Source of the DNA: Candidatus Limivicinus sp.
GTDB taxonomy: Bacteria > Bacillota > Clostridia > Oscillospirales > Oscillospiraceae
Assembly (NCBI GenBank): GCA_045222695.1
Contig: JBGUZD010000128.1
Coordinates: forward strand, 1 to 55,921
Direction of reading: 5' to 3'
Length of the DNA stretch: 55,921 nucleotides
Position numbers and translations under genes: made by a program. Below the pieces are notes generated by a model. That model worked only from the letters and a program-made list of their open reading frames with translations. It was not told the origin of the DNA and searched no databases. Shown one piece after another: positions 34,064 to 42,754 of this stretch; the stretch's first letter is position 1, and every line of letters begins with the position of its first letter.

Positions 34064-36541
34064 TCAGCCCATCAGACCGCCGAAGTAGTAATTGATCTCC
34101 TCCTGCGAGAAGCGGGGGCTGGTATGGGCGATGAAGGAATCGATCATCTGGCGCGCGCGCCCGTTGCCCCATGTGACGTAATTGCACAGCCGATCGACCA
34201 GGAGATTCCAGTCGGACACGGCGTTGCCCTCGGACATGCCGGGGAACCAGCGGCGCATGTCGCGCGCGACCTCGGGAGCGAGCGTCGCACGGTAGCCCTC
34301 GATCATGGCCACGACGTTATCGTCGGCCATCGCGCCGCGGAAGGCGTCGGAGAGCTGCTGCGCCATGCGAAGCTGATAGCCGCGGTTGGCAAAGACCTTG
34401 CGCGCGAGGATGTTGAAATCGTAGTTGTTGCGCATGCCGTCGTTGACCGAACCGTAGAGCGGCACGTCGAAGAGGTCATGCGTGAACATGCCCAGATCGA
34501 GATCGGACAGGCCGAAATGCATCATTTCATCCTCGGAGGAATAGAAATAGCGCACGTTGGACGGGTTGCAGTCATAGTTGGCGCACCAGGCCTGAAGGAT
34601 CGTCCAGCCGATCAGGCTGTCCATCTCCAGGTGCTGGCTGACGTAATTGAAATTCTCCTCGTTGGTCAGATCGTTGTTGAGCGCGAACTCGCAGGCCTGG
34701 CCGGCCGGCGTGTTGCGGTCCCACAGACATTTCCAGCTGGAGACCGTGTCGACGTCATAGCCGAAGTGATTGGCGTAATGGGTGGCGGAAAAGGCCTCGC
34801 GGATCGCGTAAATGCCCCAGTACTGGCCGTCGATGTACAGGATGACGAACTTGTAGTCAAGACAGGGCAGCTTGGGGAAGCACTGCATCGCCATATCGTG
34901 GATCAGGATATCGCGCAGATAGGTCGACATCTGATCCTCGGCCGGGTGGCGCAGCAGCAGCGAGTCAAAATCGGTCACGCCGTTGCCGAACACGTCATAC
35001 TCAAGGTTGCCGTCGTAACGGGAGCGGAAGCAGAGCTTGATGCTCTTCTTGTTGGAGACTTCTTTGGAGACCGCTCCGTGCAGCTTCAGGCCGCAGGCGA
35101 TGGAAAAGCCGCTGCCGTCCAGATCAAAGAACTCCACGGCGCCGCCGAGCTCATTCGGATGGCCGGTGTCATAGTACACGCCGTCCTTGGCGAGAAATCT
35201 TACCGGATCGGCGATCACGCTCACAACGGGGAGCGTGTGGTGTTCGTTGATGATATAGCTCAGGTTGAGCGGGTCGCTCGCGATGCAGCCGGGTTCAAAG
35301 CTGACCGCGCGCAGCACGGAGGTCGAGCTGACGCTCAGCGGTCCGGTGTAGAGAGCGGAGCTCTCCGTCGGTACGGAGCCGTCCGTGGTGTAATGGATCT
35401 CGCCCTGGGCGCTGAGCACGACCTCGACGGATTCCACGTCGTTGAAGACGCCCTCGCTGCTCAGCAGCACGGGCTTTTCGGCGACGCGGAGCGCACCGCT
35501 TCCGTTGACGGCGCCGGGCGTGGGGGAGGAGATGTAGCAGAAAGCGTTCAGGTCTTCACCGCGGCCGTAGCTTCTGCCGTAGGGGATCCTCTCGAGCAGC
35601 ACGTAATCGCAGAGCGTCCCGTCCGCGCGGCTGAGATAGAGGTGTTCGCGCTGCGAGTCCAGCTTGAAGGGCGCGTATTCGCCGCCGTCCGAGGAGCCGT
35701 CGCAGTAGATCAGCACATAGCCGCCGCTCGGGAGCACCTGCTCGGGCAGGCGGTAGCTCAGACGGTCCTTGGCGCTGTCGGAGAGATAATACTCCGAGAG
35801 ATCGACGTCGCCGCCGCTGACATTCTTCAGCTCCACCCAGTCGCTGCCGACGCCCCTGGGGCTGTTGCCGAACTGCTTGTAAACCATGACCTCGTTGATC
35901 TGCAGGGGCGCTTCGCAGACGCGCGCCGCCTGGCACTGTTCAAAGCCCTCCAAGGTGTTGGCGAAGCCGGGCGTAGCCATCGCGGTGACGAAAACGCCGC
36001 CGTCTTCCGCGCGGCAGGCGCTGCGGTCGGCTTCGCAGACGGGGAGCTCGAATTCGTCGAGGATCAGGTTGCTGTCGGTGCGCAGCGCAAGGCTTTCGCC
36101 CTCTTTGGAGATCGAGAAGGACGCGTGAGCGGGCAGACCGCTGTCGTCGCAGAACACGACCATGTATCCGTCCGCGCCGAGCTCTCCGTCGCCCAGCTCA
36201 AAGCTGTCCGTCCCGCAGCAGAGGAACACGCCCCGGAGGGAGATCGTTTCGTTGCCGGCATTGTGCAGCTCCACCCAGTCGGGGAAATCGTTCCCACTGG
36301 CGAGAGTCGCCTTGTTGGAGGGCATGACCTCGCTGATCCGGAGCGGCAGATCGGCCGGAACCACATAGGGCGTCGGCTCAGGCGTGGGCTCCGGGGTCGG
36401 CGCGACAGTTTCGGACGCGCCCTGCGCGGAGGGCGCCGGGCCGCTCTCGCCGCTTCTGAAGCTGCAGGCGCTGAGCGGAAGCAGCATGGCAAAGAGCAGA
36501 AAAAGGGCGATCAGCTTACGGCAGACGGGTTTCAAGCGCAT
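34064..36541 (-). CDS. CotH-family kinase lipoprotein with two lamin-tail (LTD) domains and a chitobiase/hexosaminidase-C-like domain (CotH-1)
   Basis: Lipobox LLPLSAC and a TPEPTPEPTP linker. LTD signatures RISEVMPSN..DWVELHNAG and QINEVMVY..DWVELKNVSG. Also GEIHYTTDGSVPTESSALYTGPL, and a CotH core (KKSIKLCFRS, ILYIDGQYWGIYAIRE, SDLDLGMF). Confidence 0.85.
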   Translation of the reverse strand: MRLKPVCRKLIALFLLFAMLLPLSACSFRSGESGPAPSAQGASETVAPTPEPTPEPTPYVVPADLPLRISEVMPSNKATLASGNDFPDWVELHNAGNETISLRGVFLCCGTDSFELGDGELGADGYMVVFCDDSGLPAHASFSISKEGESLALRTDSNLILDEFELPVCEADRSACRAEDGGVFVTAMATPGFANTLEGFEQCQAARVCEAPLQINEVMVYKQFGNSPRGVGSDWVELKNVSGGDVDLSEYYLSDSAKDRLSYRLPEQVLPSGGYVLIYCDGSSDGGEYAPFKLDSQREHLYLSRADGTLCDYVLLERIPYGRSYGRGEDLNAFCYISSPTPGAVNGSGALRVAEKPVLLSSEGVFNDVESVEVVLSAQGEIHYTTDGSVPTESSALYTGPLSVSSTSVLRAVSFEPGCIASDPLNLSYIINEHHTLPVVSVIADPVRFLAKDGVYYDTGHPNELGGAVEFFDLDGSGFSIACGLKLHGAVSKEVSNKKSIKLCFRSRYDGNLEYDVFGNGVTDFDSLLLRHPAEDQMSTYLRDILIHDMAMQCFPKLPCLDYKFVILYIDGQYWGIYAIREAFSATHYANHFGYDVDTVSSWKCLWDRNTPAGQACEFALNNDLTNEENFNYVSQHLEMDSLIGWTILQAWCANYDCNPSNVRYFYSSEDEMMHFGLSDLDLGMFTHDLFDVPLYGSVNDGMRNNYDFNILARKVFANRGYQLRMAQQLSDAFRGAMADDNVVAMIEGYRATLAPEVARDMRRWFPGMSEGNAVSDWNLLVDRLCNYVTWGNGRARQMIDSFIAHTSPRFSQEEINYYFGGLMG

Positions 36542-36586
36542 CTATCTAAGCTCCTTTCAAAAAGGAAAGAGTCCTGTAGCTCATTC

Positions 36587-36615
36587 AGAATACCATAAGC
36601 CGCCCTTTTTCGCAA
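36587..36615 (-). promoter_or_regulatory. sigmaA-like promoter of CotH-1
   Basis: On the minus strand: TTGCGA, 17-nt spacer, TATTCT, with a TG at the extended -10 position (TGgTATTCT). Confidence 0.5.
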
Positions 36616-36719
36616 TCCTCAAATCGCCGCGGGAAAAACGACATTGCCACTTGATTTTTCACGCACATCCTGTAAAATACAAGGTGTCTTGATCCACTTT
36701 TAATCGGGAGGAACTGAAA

Positions 36720-37274
36720 ATGACTTATGAAATCGACATCGCCGGCCTGAAACGGGAGCTGCCCATCTGCAAGGTCACGGACGATCTTTACATCGGCGCC
36801 TTCGTCATGTTCGGCGACGTAGAGCTGACGGTCCACTGCGCCGAAGAGCTTCTCAAGCGCGCGCCGGAGTACGATTATCTCATCGCGCCCGAGGCCAAGG
36901 CCATCCCCCTGCTCTACGAGATGGCGCGCCAGAGCGGCGCGGAGAAATACTTCCTCGCCCGCAAGGTCGCCAAGGCCTATATGTCCGGCGTGTTCGAGGT
37001 GAACGTCAAGTCCATCACCACCGCCGCCGTGCAGCGTCTTATCATCGACACCGCCGACGCCGAGCAGATCCGCGGCAAGCGCATGCTGATCCTCGACGAC
37101 GTGATCTCCACCGGCGAGAGCCTGCGCGCGATGGAAGAGCTCGTCACCGCCGCGGGCGGAATCGTCGCGGGCCGCATGGCCGTTCTGGCCGAGGGCGACG
37201 CGATCGAGCGCGACGACATCATCGTCCTCGCTCCGCTGCCGCTGTTCAATGCCGACGGAAGCGTCAAAGCGTGA
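36720..37274 (+). CDS. phosphoribosyltransferase family protein (adenine/purine PRT-like)
   Basis: PRPP-binding motif MLILDDVISTGESL; 184 aa. Confidence 0.8.
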   Translation: MTYEIDIAGLKRELPICKVTDDLYIGAFVMFGDVELTVHCAEELLKRAPEYDYLIAPEAKAIPLLYEMARQSGAEKYFLARKVAKAYMSGVFEVNVKSITTAAVQRLIIDTADAEQIRGKRMLILDDVISTGESLRAMEELVTAAGGIVAGRMAVLAEGDAIERDDIIVLAPLPLFNADGSVKA

Positions 37275-37307
37275 GCTTTTCGATTTCAGGATACGGGTTT
37301 TTCGACC

Positions 37308-37341
37308 GAAACGCCCCCGGAAAGGATTCCGGGGGCGTTTC
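37308..37341 (+). terminator. hairpin terminator after the PRT gene
   Basis: GAAACGCCCCCGGA aaggat TCCGGGGGCGTTTC. Confidence 0.7.
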
Positions 37342-37419
37342 ATGTTAAGAAAATCTTAATGCTTTGCGTACTTGGAACTTAAAGACTTTTATCGTAAGAT
37401 AGGCGCGAGAGGTGAGGAG

Positions 37420-38115
37420 ATGTACAACATTCTGATCTGCGACGACGAGAGGGACATCGTCGCCGCCCTGAAGATCTATCTCGAGGCCGAGGGTTACACG
37501 ACCTTCGCCGCCCATGACGGGCGCGAGGCGCTGGACGTGCTGCGGCGCGAGAAGATCCACCTGGTGCTCATGGACGTGATGATGCCCGCGCTCGACGGCA
37601 TCGCCGCCACGGCGAAGCTGCGCGAGGAGAGCAACGTCCCCGTCATCCTGCTCACGGCCAAGAGCGAGGACACCGACAAGGTGCTCGGGCTCAACGTCGG
37701 GGCGGACGACTACGTCACGAAGCCCTTCAATCCGGTCGAGCTCTGCGCCCGCGTAAGATCCCAGCTGCGGCGCTATATGCAGCTCGGCGGCGGAAAGGCG
37801 GACGACGGGGCGCTCACGATCGGGCCGATCAGTCTTGACGAAAAGGCCAAGGAGGTCACACGCGACGGGGAGACGGTCTCCCTCACGCCGACGGAATACG
37901 AGATCCTGCGCTTTCTGATGCGCCACGCGGGCGAGGTCTTTCCGCCCAGGGAGCTCTATCGCCGCGTCTGGAACGGCGAGCCCTACGGCGCGGAGAACAC
38001 GGTTTCGGTCCATATCCGTCATATCCGCGAAAAACTGGAGGTCGACCCTGCCGAACCGCGTTGGATCAAAGCCGTGTGGGGCCGTGGTTATAAGTTCGAA
38101 AGGAGCGGGAAATGA
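37420..38115 (+). CDS. OmpR/PhoB-family response regulator
   Basis: MYNILICDDERDIV, LVLMDVMMPALDG, a winged-helix C-terminus, and WGRGYKF. Confidence 0.9.
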   Translation: MYNILICDDERDIVAALKIYLEAEGYTTFAAHDGREALDVLRREKIHLVLMDVMMPALDGIAATAKLREESNVPVILLTAKSEDTDKVLGLNVGADDYVTKPFNPVELCARVRSQLRRYMQLGGGKADDGALTIGPISLDEKAKEVTRDGETVSLTPTEYEILRFLMRHAGEVFPPRELYRRVWNGEPYGAENTVSVHIRHIREKLEVDPAEPRWIKAVWGRGYKFERSGK

Positions 38116-40184
38116 ACAAGCTCAAAGGCAGCCTGATCGCCAAAAGCATAGCGGCCATCCTCTTCTGCGCGCTGTGCCTGGGCTGCGCCGTCAGCGCGGC
38201 CGCCGCCGGGATGCTGTACTCGGCCGGCTTTTACGGCAAGGGCGCGGCCGCGGCGCGCGAACATCTGGCGCAGTCGCTCTGCGCGCTCGAGGCCGCAGGG
38301 ATCGCGGACCGCGTCTATCCGGTGAAATCGGAGGGGGAGAACAACGCGTTCCTTGCCAGCAGCGCCAACTATCGCTATGAGATCTTCGACTGCGACGGCG
38401 TGCTGCGCGCGACGAACTATGCCGGCGAGGAGACGATCGCCGTCGTCACGAGGCCGGGCTGGAACTATTTCCCTTACGACGCCTTTCCCGAGGGAACGTT
38501 CTGGGGCGAGGAGGCACAGACGGAAGAGGCGGCGCAGGACGCCTTGCCCATGGAGCCGCTGCCGACGGCTCTTCCGGATGGCGTCGAAGCCGTGGCCATA
38601 CCGACGCCGCCCGTTCCGGACCCGGAGCCCACGCCCACGCCGCGGGCCGTCACGACCCCGGGCGACATGTATGAGCCGCGCTATCGGCAGGTGAACTATA
38701 CGGTGACCTGTTATCTCCTGCGCGACATGACGCAGCGCGACAGCGCCGCCTTCCAGCTGGGCTGCTTCGACTTCGCCGCGGCCAACGATCAGCTTCTCAT
38801 CGGCGCGGCCGCCGCCTGTCTGCTGCTCGCGATCGCGGTCTTCATCTTCCTGCTGCGCGCGGCGGGGCACCGCCGGGACACGGACGAGATCAGGGCAAGC
38901 TTTATCGAAAAGATCCCCTTCGACCTCTTTACCGCGCTGATCTTCACGGCCGGCGCCTACATCCTGTATGCCTTCGTCGAGATCCTCGATCATCTCAACC
39001 GCCAGATCGGCTTCCGCCTGGCCGCCGCCGCGCTGCTGTTCGTGCTCGCCGTGCTGCTCGGTCTGCTGTGGTGCGTGAGTCTCGCCGTGCGCGTCAAGCA
39101 GAAGACGCTCGTCCGCGGCACGATCCTTTACAAGCTGCTGCAGCTGCTGTGGCGCGCGCTCAAGGCCCTATGGGGCTGGCTGAGGATGCTCCTCACCGGG
39201 CTTCCTCTGGTATGGCGCGGGCTGCTGATCCTCTGCGGAGCGGAGTTCATCGGCTTTGTGATCCTCGCGGCGAACAGCCGCAGGGCGGGCGCGACCGGCT
39301 TTCTGATCAATCTGTTCGTGTTCTTCCCGCTGGCTCTCTGGGGGCTGATCAGCGCCAAAGGGCTGCGCCGCGGCGCGCAGGAGATCGCAGGCGGCAATAC
39401 GGACTACACCGTTCCGACGAAGTATCTTCTCGGCGAGTTCAAAGCCCATGCCGAGGACCTCAACGCCATCCGCTCCGGCATCTCCCGCGCGGTCGAGGAG
39501 CGGCTGCGCAGCGAGCGCATGAAGACCGAGCTCATCACCAACGTCTCGCACGATATCAAAACGCCGCTGACCTCGATCGTCAGCTATGTAGACCTTCTGT
39601 CCAGGGAAGAGATCGACAATGAACAGGCAAAGGAATACATCGAGGTGCTGCAGCGGCAGAGCGCGCGGCTCAAGAAGCTGACGGACGACCTCGTCGAGGC
39701 CTCCAAGGCCTCTTCCGGCGCGCTGGGCGTGACGATCGAGGACTGCTCTCTGAGCGTGATGCTCGAGCAGACGGCGGGGGAATACGGCGAGAAGCTGGCG
39801 CAGAAAGAGCTCGAGCTCGTGCTCCGAAAGCCGGAAAAAGAAGTCATGGCGCGCGCCGACGCGCGGCACACCCAGCGCATCTTCGACAACCTCATGAGCA
39901 ACATCCTCAAATACGCCCTGCCCGGCACGCGGGTCTATCTGGAGCTGAAGGAGGACGAAAACGGCCCGGCCGTGATCTTCCGCAACACCTCGCGCAGCGA
40001 GATCGTGCAGAGCCCCGAGGAGCTGACCGAGCGCTTTGTGCGCGGCGACGCCTCGCGCTCGAGCGAGGGCAGCGGACTGGGCCTGTCCATCGCGCGCAGT
40101 CTCGCCGAGCTGCAGGGCGGCAGCCTTGCCGTCACGGTGGACGGGGACCTGTTCAAGGTCACGCTCGGCTTTGCGGCAAAATAA
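38112..40184 (+). CDS. sensor histidine kinase with large extracytoplasmic N-terminal domain
   Basis: ATGA overlap with the regulator gene. H-box SHDIKTPLTS and G-boxes GSGLGLSIARSL. The extracytoplasmic region of about 230 aa contains a Pro-rich stretch. Confidence 0.9.
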   Translation: MNKLKGSLIAKSIAAILFCALCLGCAVSAAAAGMLYSAGFYGKGAAAAREHLAQSLCALEAAGIADRVYPVKSEGENNAFLASSANYRYEIFDCDGVLRATNYAGEETIAVVTRPGWNYFPYDAFPEGTFWGEEAQTEEAAQDALPMEPLPTALPDGVEAVAIPTPPVPDPEPTPTPRAVTTPGDMYEPRYRQVNYTVTCYLLRDMTQRDSAAFQLGCFDFAAANDQLLIGAAAACLLLAIAVFIFLLRAAGHRRDTDEIRASFIEKIPFDLFTALIFTAGAYILYAFVEILDHLNRQIGFRLAAAALLFVLAVLLGLLWCVSLAVRVKQKTLVRGTILYKLLQLLWRALKALWGWLRMLLTGLPLVWRGLLILCGAEFIGFVILAANSRRAGATGFLINLFVFFPLALWGLISAKGLRRGAQEIAGGNTDYTVPTKYLLGEFKAHAEDLNAIRSGISRAVEERLRSERMKTELITNVSHDIKTPLTSIVSYVDLLSREEIDNEQAKEYIEVLQRQSARLKKLTDDLVEASKASSGALGVTIEDCSLSVMLEQTAGEYGEKLAQKELELVLRKPEKEVMARADARHTQRIFDNLMSNILKYALPGTRVYLELKEDENGPAVIFRNTSRSEIVQSPEELTERFVRGDASRSSEGSGLGLSIARSLAELQGGSLAVTVDGDLFKVTLGFAAK

Positions 40185-40190
40185 AGAACG

Positions 40191-40217
40191 ACCGGTCGGG
40201 ATCACATCCCGACCGGT
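40191..40217. repeat. palindromic element copy 1 (11-bp perfect stem)
   Basis: ACCGGTCGGGA tcaca TCCCGACCGGT, 7 nt after the kinase stop. Confidence 0.8.
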
Positions 40218-40378
40218 GAGATTGCAGAAAAAGCCTTGCGGCAAGCTTTTGACACGCAGGGGGAGAGCGAAGAGAGGGGGCGGAGAGCCCCCTTTCTTCG
40301 TTCAATCACAGCAAAACGGGAACTGTTTTGAAGTTCCCGTTTTGCCCGTCAAGCTGTCGGCACTTTGTCGACAGCTTG

Positions 40379-40417
40379 ACCGGTCGGGATCATCACATCC
40401 CGACCGGCTGTTTTTTT
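40379..40417. repeat. palindromic element copy 2 plus T-run
   Basis: ACCGGTCGGGAT catcac ATCCCGACCGG, then cTGTTTTTTT. It is identical to copy 1 apart from a 3-nt loop insertion and the last base. Confidence 0.8.
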
Positions 40418-40426
40418 AGCCTTTCG

Positions 40427-40828
40427 TTATACCTTTTCGATCGATACGATATCGCCGAGAGGGATCTTTTTCCCGTCCTCGAGCAGAAGCAGCGAGGCCT
40501 GTTCGTCGATCTTCTTCACGCGGCCGCGGAGCGTCTCGTAGCGCCCGCCGGCCTTTTTTTCGTCCGGCACGAAATACCGCAGCTCCGCCTCCGGGCGCGT
40601 TTCGATCTCCGCGGCGAGCGCGCGCAGCGCCCCGTCCAGCGCCTCGAGCGCGTCGCGGTCAAGCTCGGCGCGCGTCTCGGTCAGACGGGCGCTCTCGGCC
40701 ACGATCTCCTCATAGCCGGTCAGCGCGGCGAAGGAGGAGAACTGCGCGGCGCGCTCGGCGCGCGGCATGGGCGGATGCGTCTTTGAGACGGGGTGGGGAA
40801 GGGAGATGATGTCGTCGTATTTGCCCAT
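40427..40828 (-). CDS. YolD-like protein
   Basis: PRAERAAQFSSFAALTGYEE is the YolD signature. It lies 9 nt downstream of a Y-family polymerase gene, the usual pairing. Confidence 0.8.
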   Translation of the reverse strand: MGKYDDIISLPHPVSKTHPPMPRAERAAQFSSFAALTGYEEIVAESARLTETRAELDRDALEALDGALRALAAEIETRPEAELRYFVPDEKKAGGRYETLRGRVKKIDEQASLLLLEDGKKIPLGDIVSIEKV

Positions 40829-40837
40829 GCCTGCCTC

Positions 40838-42367
40838 CTACGCCTTGTGCCCGCCGATCTGGCGGTTGCGCTCCATCGCCGTCGCGCCCTTTTCCAGGTT
40901 GGTGCCCTTCAAAATGGCGTTCTTGCCGTATTTCTTCTTGATGTCCAGCATTACCTGCTGGCGCTTGCGCTCGCTCATGCGGGCTTCCTTTTCCGCTTCG
41001 CTTTCTTCCCCCGCGCCATCCATCTCGCCAAAGAGGTCGAACTGTTTTTCACTCTCGCGGCCGAGAAAGCTCTCGTCCTCCAGCTCGCAGGCGGCGACGG
41101 TGACGCGCCGCACGCTCAGCGCCGGATCGACGATACGGTCATAGAGCGCGAGCATCGCCTCCGTGATCTGCTTCGACGAGGAGCCGTAGCGATCCAGCCG
41201 CGCGGAGCCGTGCACGGATCTCGGCACGCGGCGGCCGTAGCGGTCGCTCTCCGCGTCGGCGGCGTACTCCCGCGCGAGCGCCTTGTCGGCGAGACAGACG
41301 CGGTCGTAACCGATATACAGCTCTACGAGGTCCGTCACCAGGGCCTTGTCGACGAGCTCGAGCGCCAGCTGCTCGCTCATCTCGCGCACGATCAGCCGCG
41401 CCTTTTCAAAACCGTAGGGCGTCATCAGCACCTGGCCGGAGCTGATGCTGCGCGAGGCGGGACGGTAGGCCTTGATGTCGGAGATCAGACAGCTCTCGAA
41501 GCCCCAGGCGTGGTCGATGAGCAGCTCGGCGTTGACGCCGAAGAGGCGGTAGAGCAGCTCCTCGTCATGGCCGGAGCCCGCCTTGCCGATCGAGCAGCGC
41601 GCCACGTCGCCCATCGTGTAGAGCCCGTTGTCCTCCAGCTTTTTGGCGATGCCGCGGCCCACGCGCCAGAAGTCCGTCAGCGGGCGGTGATCCCACAGCG
41701 CGCGGCGGTAGCCCATCTCGTCGAGCTCGGCGATGCGCACGCCGTCGGCGTCCGGCTTCATGCGCTTGGCCATCACGTCCATCGCGATCTTCGCCAGGTA
41801 CAGGTTCGTCCCGATCCCGACCGTGGCTGTGATGCCCGTGGTCTCGAGCACGTCGCGCACGATGAGCATCGCAAAGTCCCGCGCCGTGACGCCGCGCGTG
41901 CGGATATAGTCCGTCGCGTCGAGAAAGATCTCGTCGATGGAGTAAACGTGGATATCCTCCGGCGCGGCATATTTGAGATAGATCTTATAGATGCGCGTGC
42001 TGTACTCCATGTAATAGGCCATGCGCGGGGGCGCCACGATATAGTCCAGCGCGAGCGAGGGGTCGCTCTCCAGCTCGCTCGCAAAGTGCGAGCTGCCGGA
42101 GAAGCTCCGCCCGGGAGCGCGGCTGCGGCGCCGGGCGTTGATCTCTTCCGCGCGCTGCACGACCTCGAACAGCCGCGCGCGTCCCGGGATGCCGTAGGCC
42201 TTCAGCGAGGGCGACACGGCCAGACAGATCGTCTTGTCGGTGCGCGCGGGATCCGCCACGACCAGGTGCGCGTCCAGCGGGTCCAGACCGCGCTCGCGGC
42301 ACTCGACCGAGGCGTAAAAGCTTTTGAGATCGATCGCGATATAGCTCCGTTCTTCCGTCGTCCTCAC
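40838..42367 (-). CDS. Y-family (translesion) DNA polymerase
   Basis: YIAIDLKSFYASVECRERGLDP is the catalytic Asp motif. Also SIDEIFLD; 509 aa. Confidence 0.9.
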   Translation of the reverse strand: MRTTEERSYIAIDLKSFYASVECRERGLDPLDAHLVVADPARTDKTICLAVSPSLKAYGIPGRARLFEVVQRAEEINARRRSRAPGRSFSGSSHFASELESDPSLALDYIVAPPRMAYYMEYSTRIYKIYLKYAAPEDIHVYSIDEIFLDATDYIRTRGVTARDFAMLIVRDVLETTGITATVGIGTNLYLAKIAMDVMAKRMKPDADGVRIAELDEMGYRRALWDHRPLTDFWRVGRGIAKKLEDNGLYTMGDVARCSIGKAGSGHDEELLYRLFGVNAELLIDHAWGFESCLISDIKAYRPASRSISSGQVLMTPYGFEKARLIVREMSEQLALELVDKALVTDLVELYIGYDRVCLADKALAREYAADAESDRYGRRVPRSVHGSARLDRYGSSSKQITEAMLALYDRIVDPALSVRRVTVAACELEDESFLGRESEKQFDLFGEMDGAGEESEAEKEARMSERKRQQVMLDIKKKYGKNAILKGTNLEKGATAMERNRQIGGHKA

Positions 42368-42672
42368 CTCCTTTTTCTGTGTTTATCTTACCAGTATGCC
42401 CGGAACAATGCAAGCGATGCGAGGCGCCGCACAGGCCGGAAAACGGTACAGAAAAGATCAGAACCGGGCAGCTTGCGCTGCCCGGCCCCGATCTTGTATA
42501 AGTGAGAGGAAAAAAGGAGAAAAATGAAAAAGATTCTTTTGGACTTTACATCTATAAGATAACAGCAAGTTGTTTCACAAATAAGAGAAATTGTATTTCG
42601 TAATTGTAAAATACACAAAAAATGTTCGCGGAAGGCCGCTTTCCCCGCGCGCCGCCGGGGCGGGGCGGAAAC

Positions 42673-42701
42673 TTGACACCTCAAGGCGAAAATGCTAAAC
42701 T
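42673..42701 (+). promoter_or_regulatory. sigmaA-like promoter of the CotH-2 operon
   Basis: TTGACA (42673-42678), 17-nt spacer, TAAACT (42696-42701). Confidence 0.5.
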
Positions 42702-42754
42702 AACATGAATGATTACGGCCTTTTTCAATGCTTTCTTCAAAGGAGAACAATAGC

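Noticed and set aside
40328-40786. A 152-aa plus-strand ORF spanning the hairpin cluster and running antisense to yolD
   Set aside because: It starts inside stacked stem-loops, has no SD, and most of it is the shadow frame of the YolD-like gene.
42395-42425. A LexA/Cheo box upstream of the Y-family polymerase gene
   Set aside because: Only a GAAC half-site (GGAACAATGCAAGC) is present. There is no GAAC-N4-GTTC dyad.
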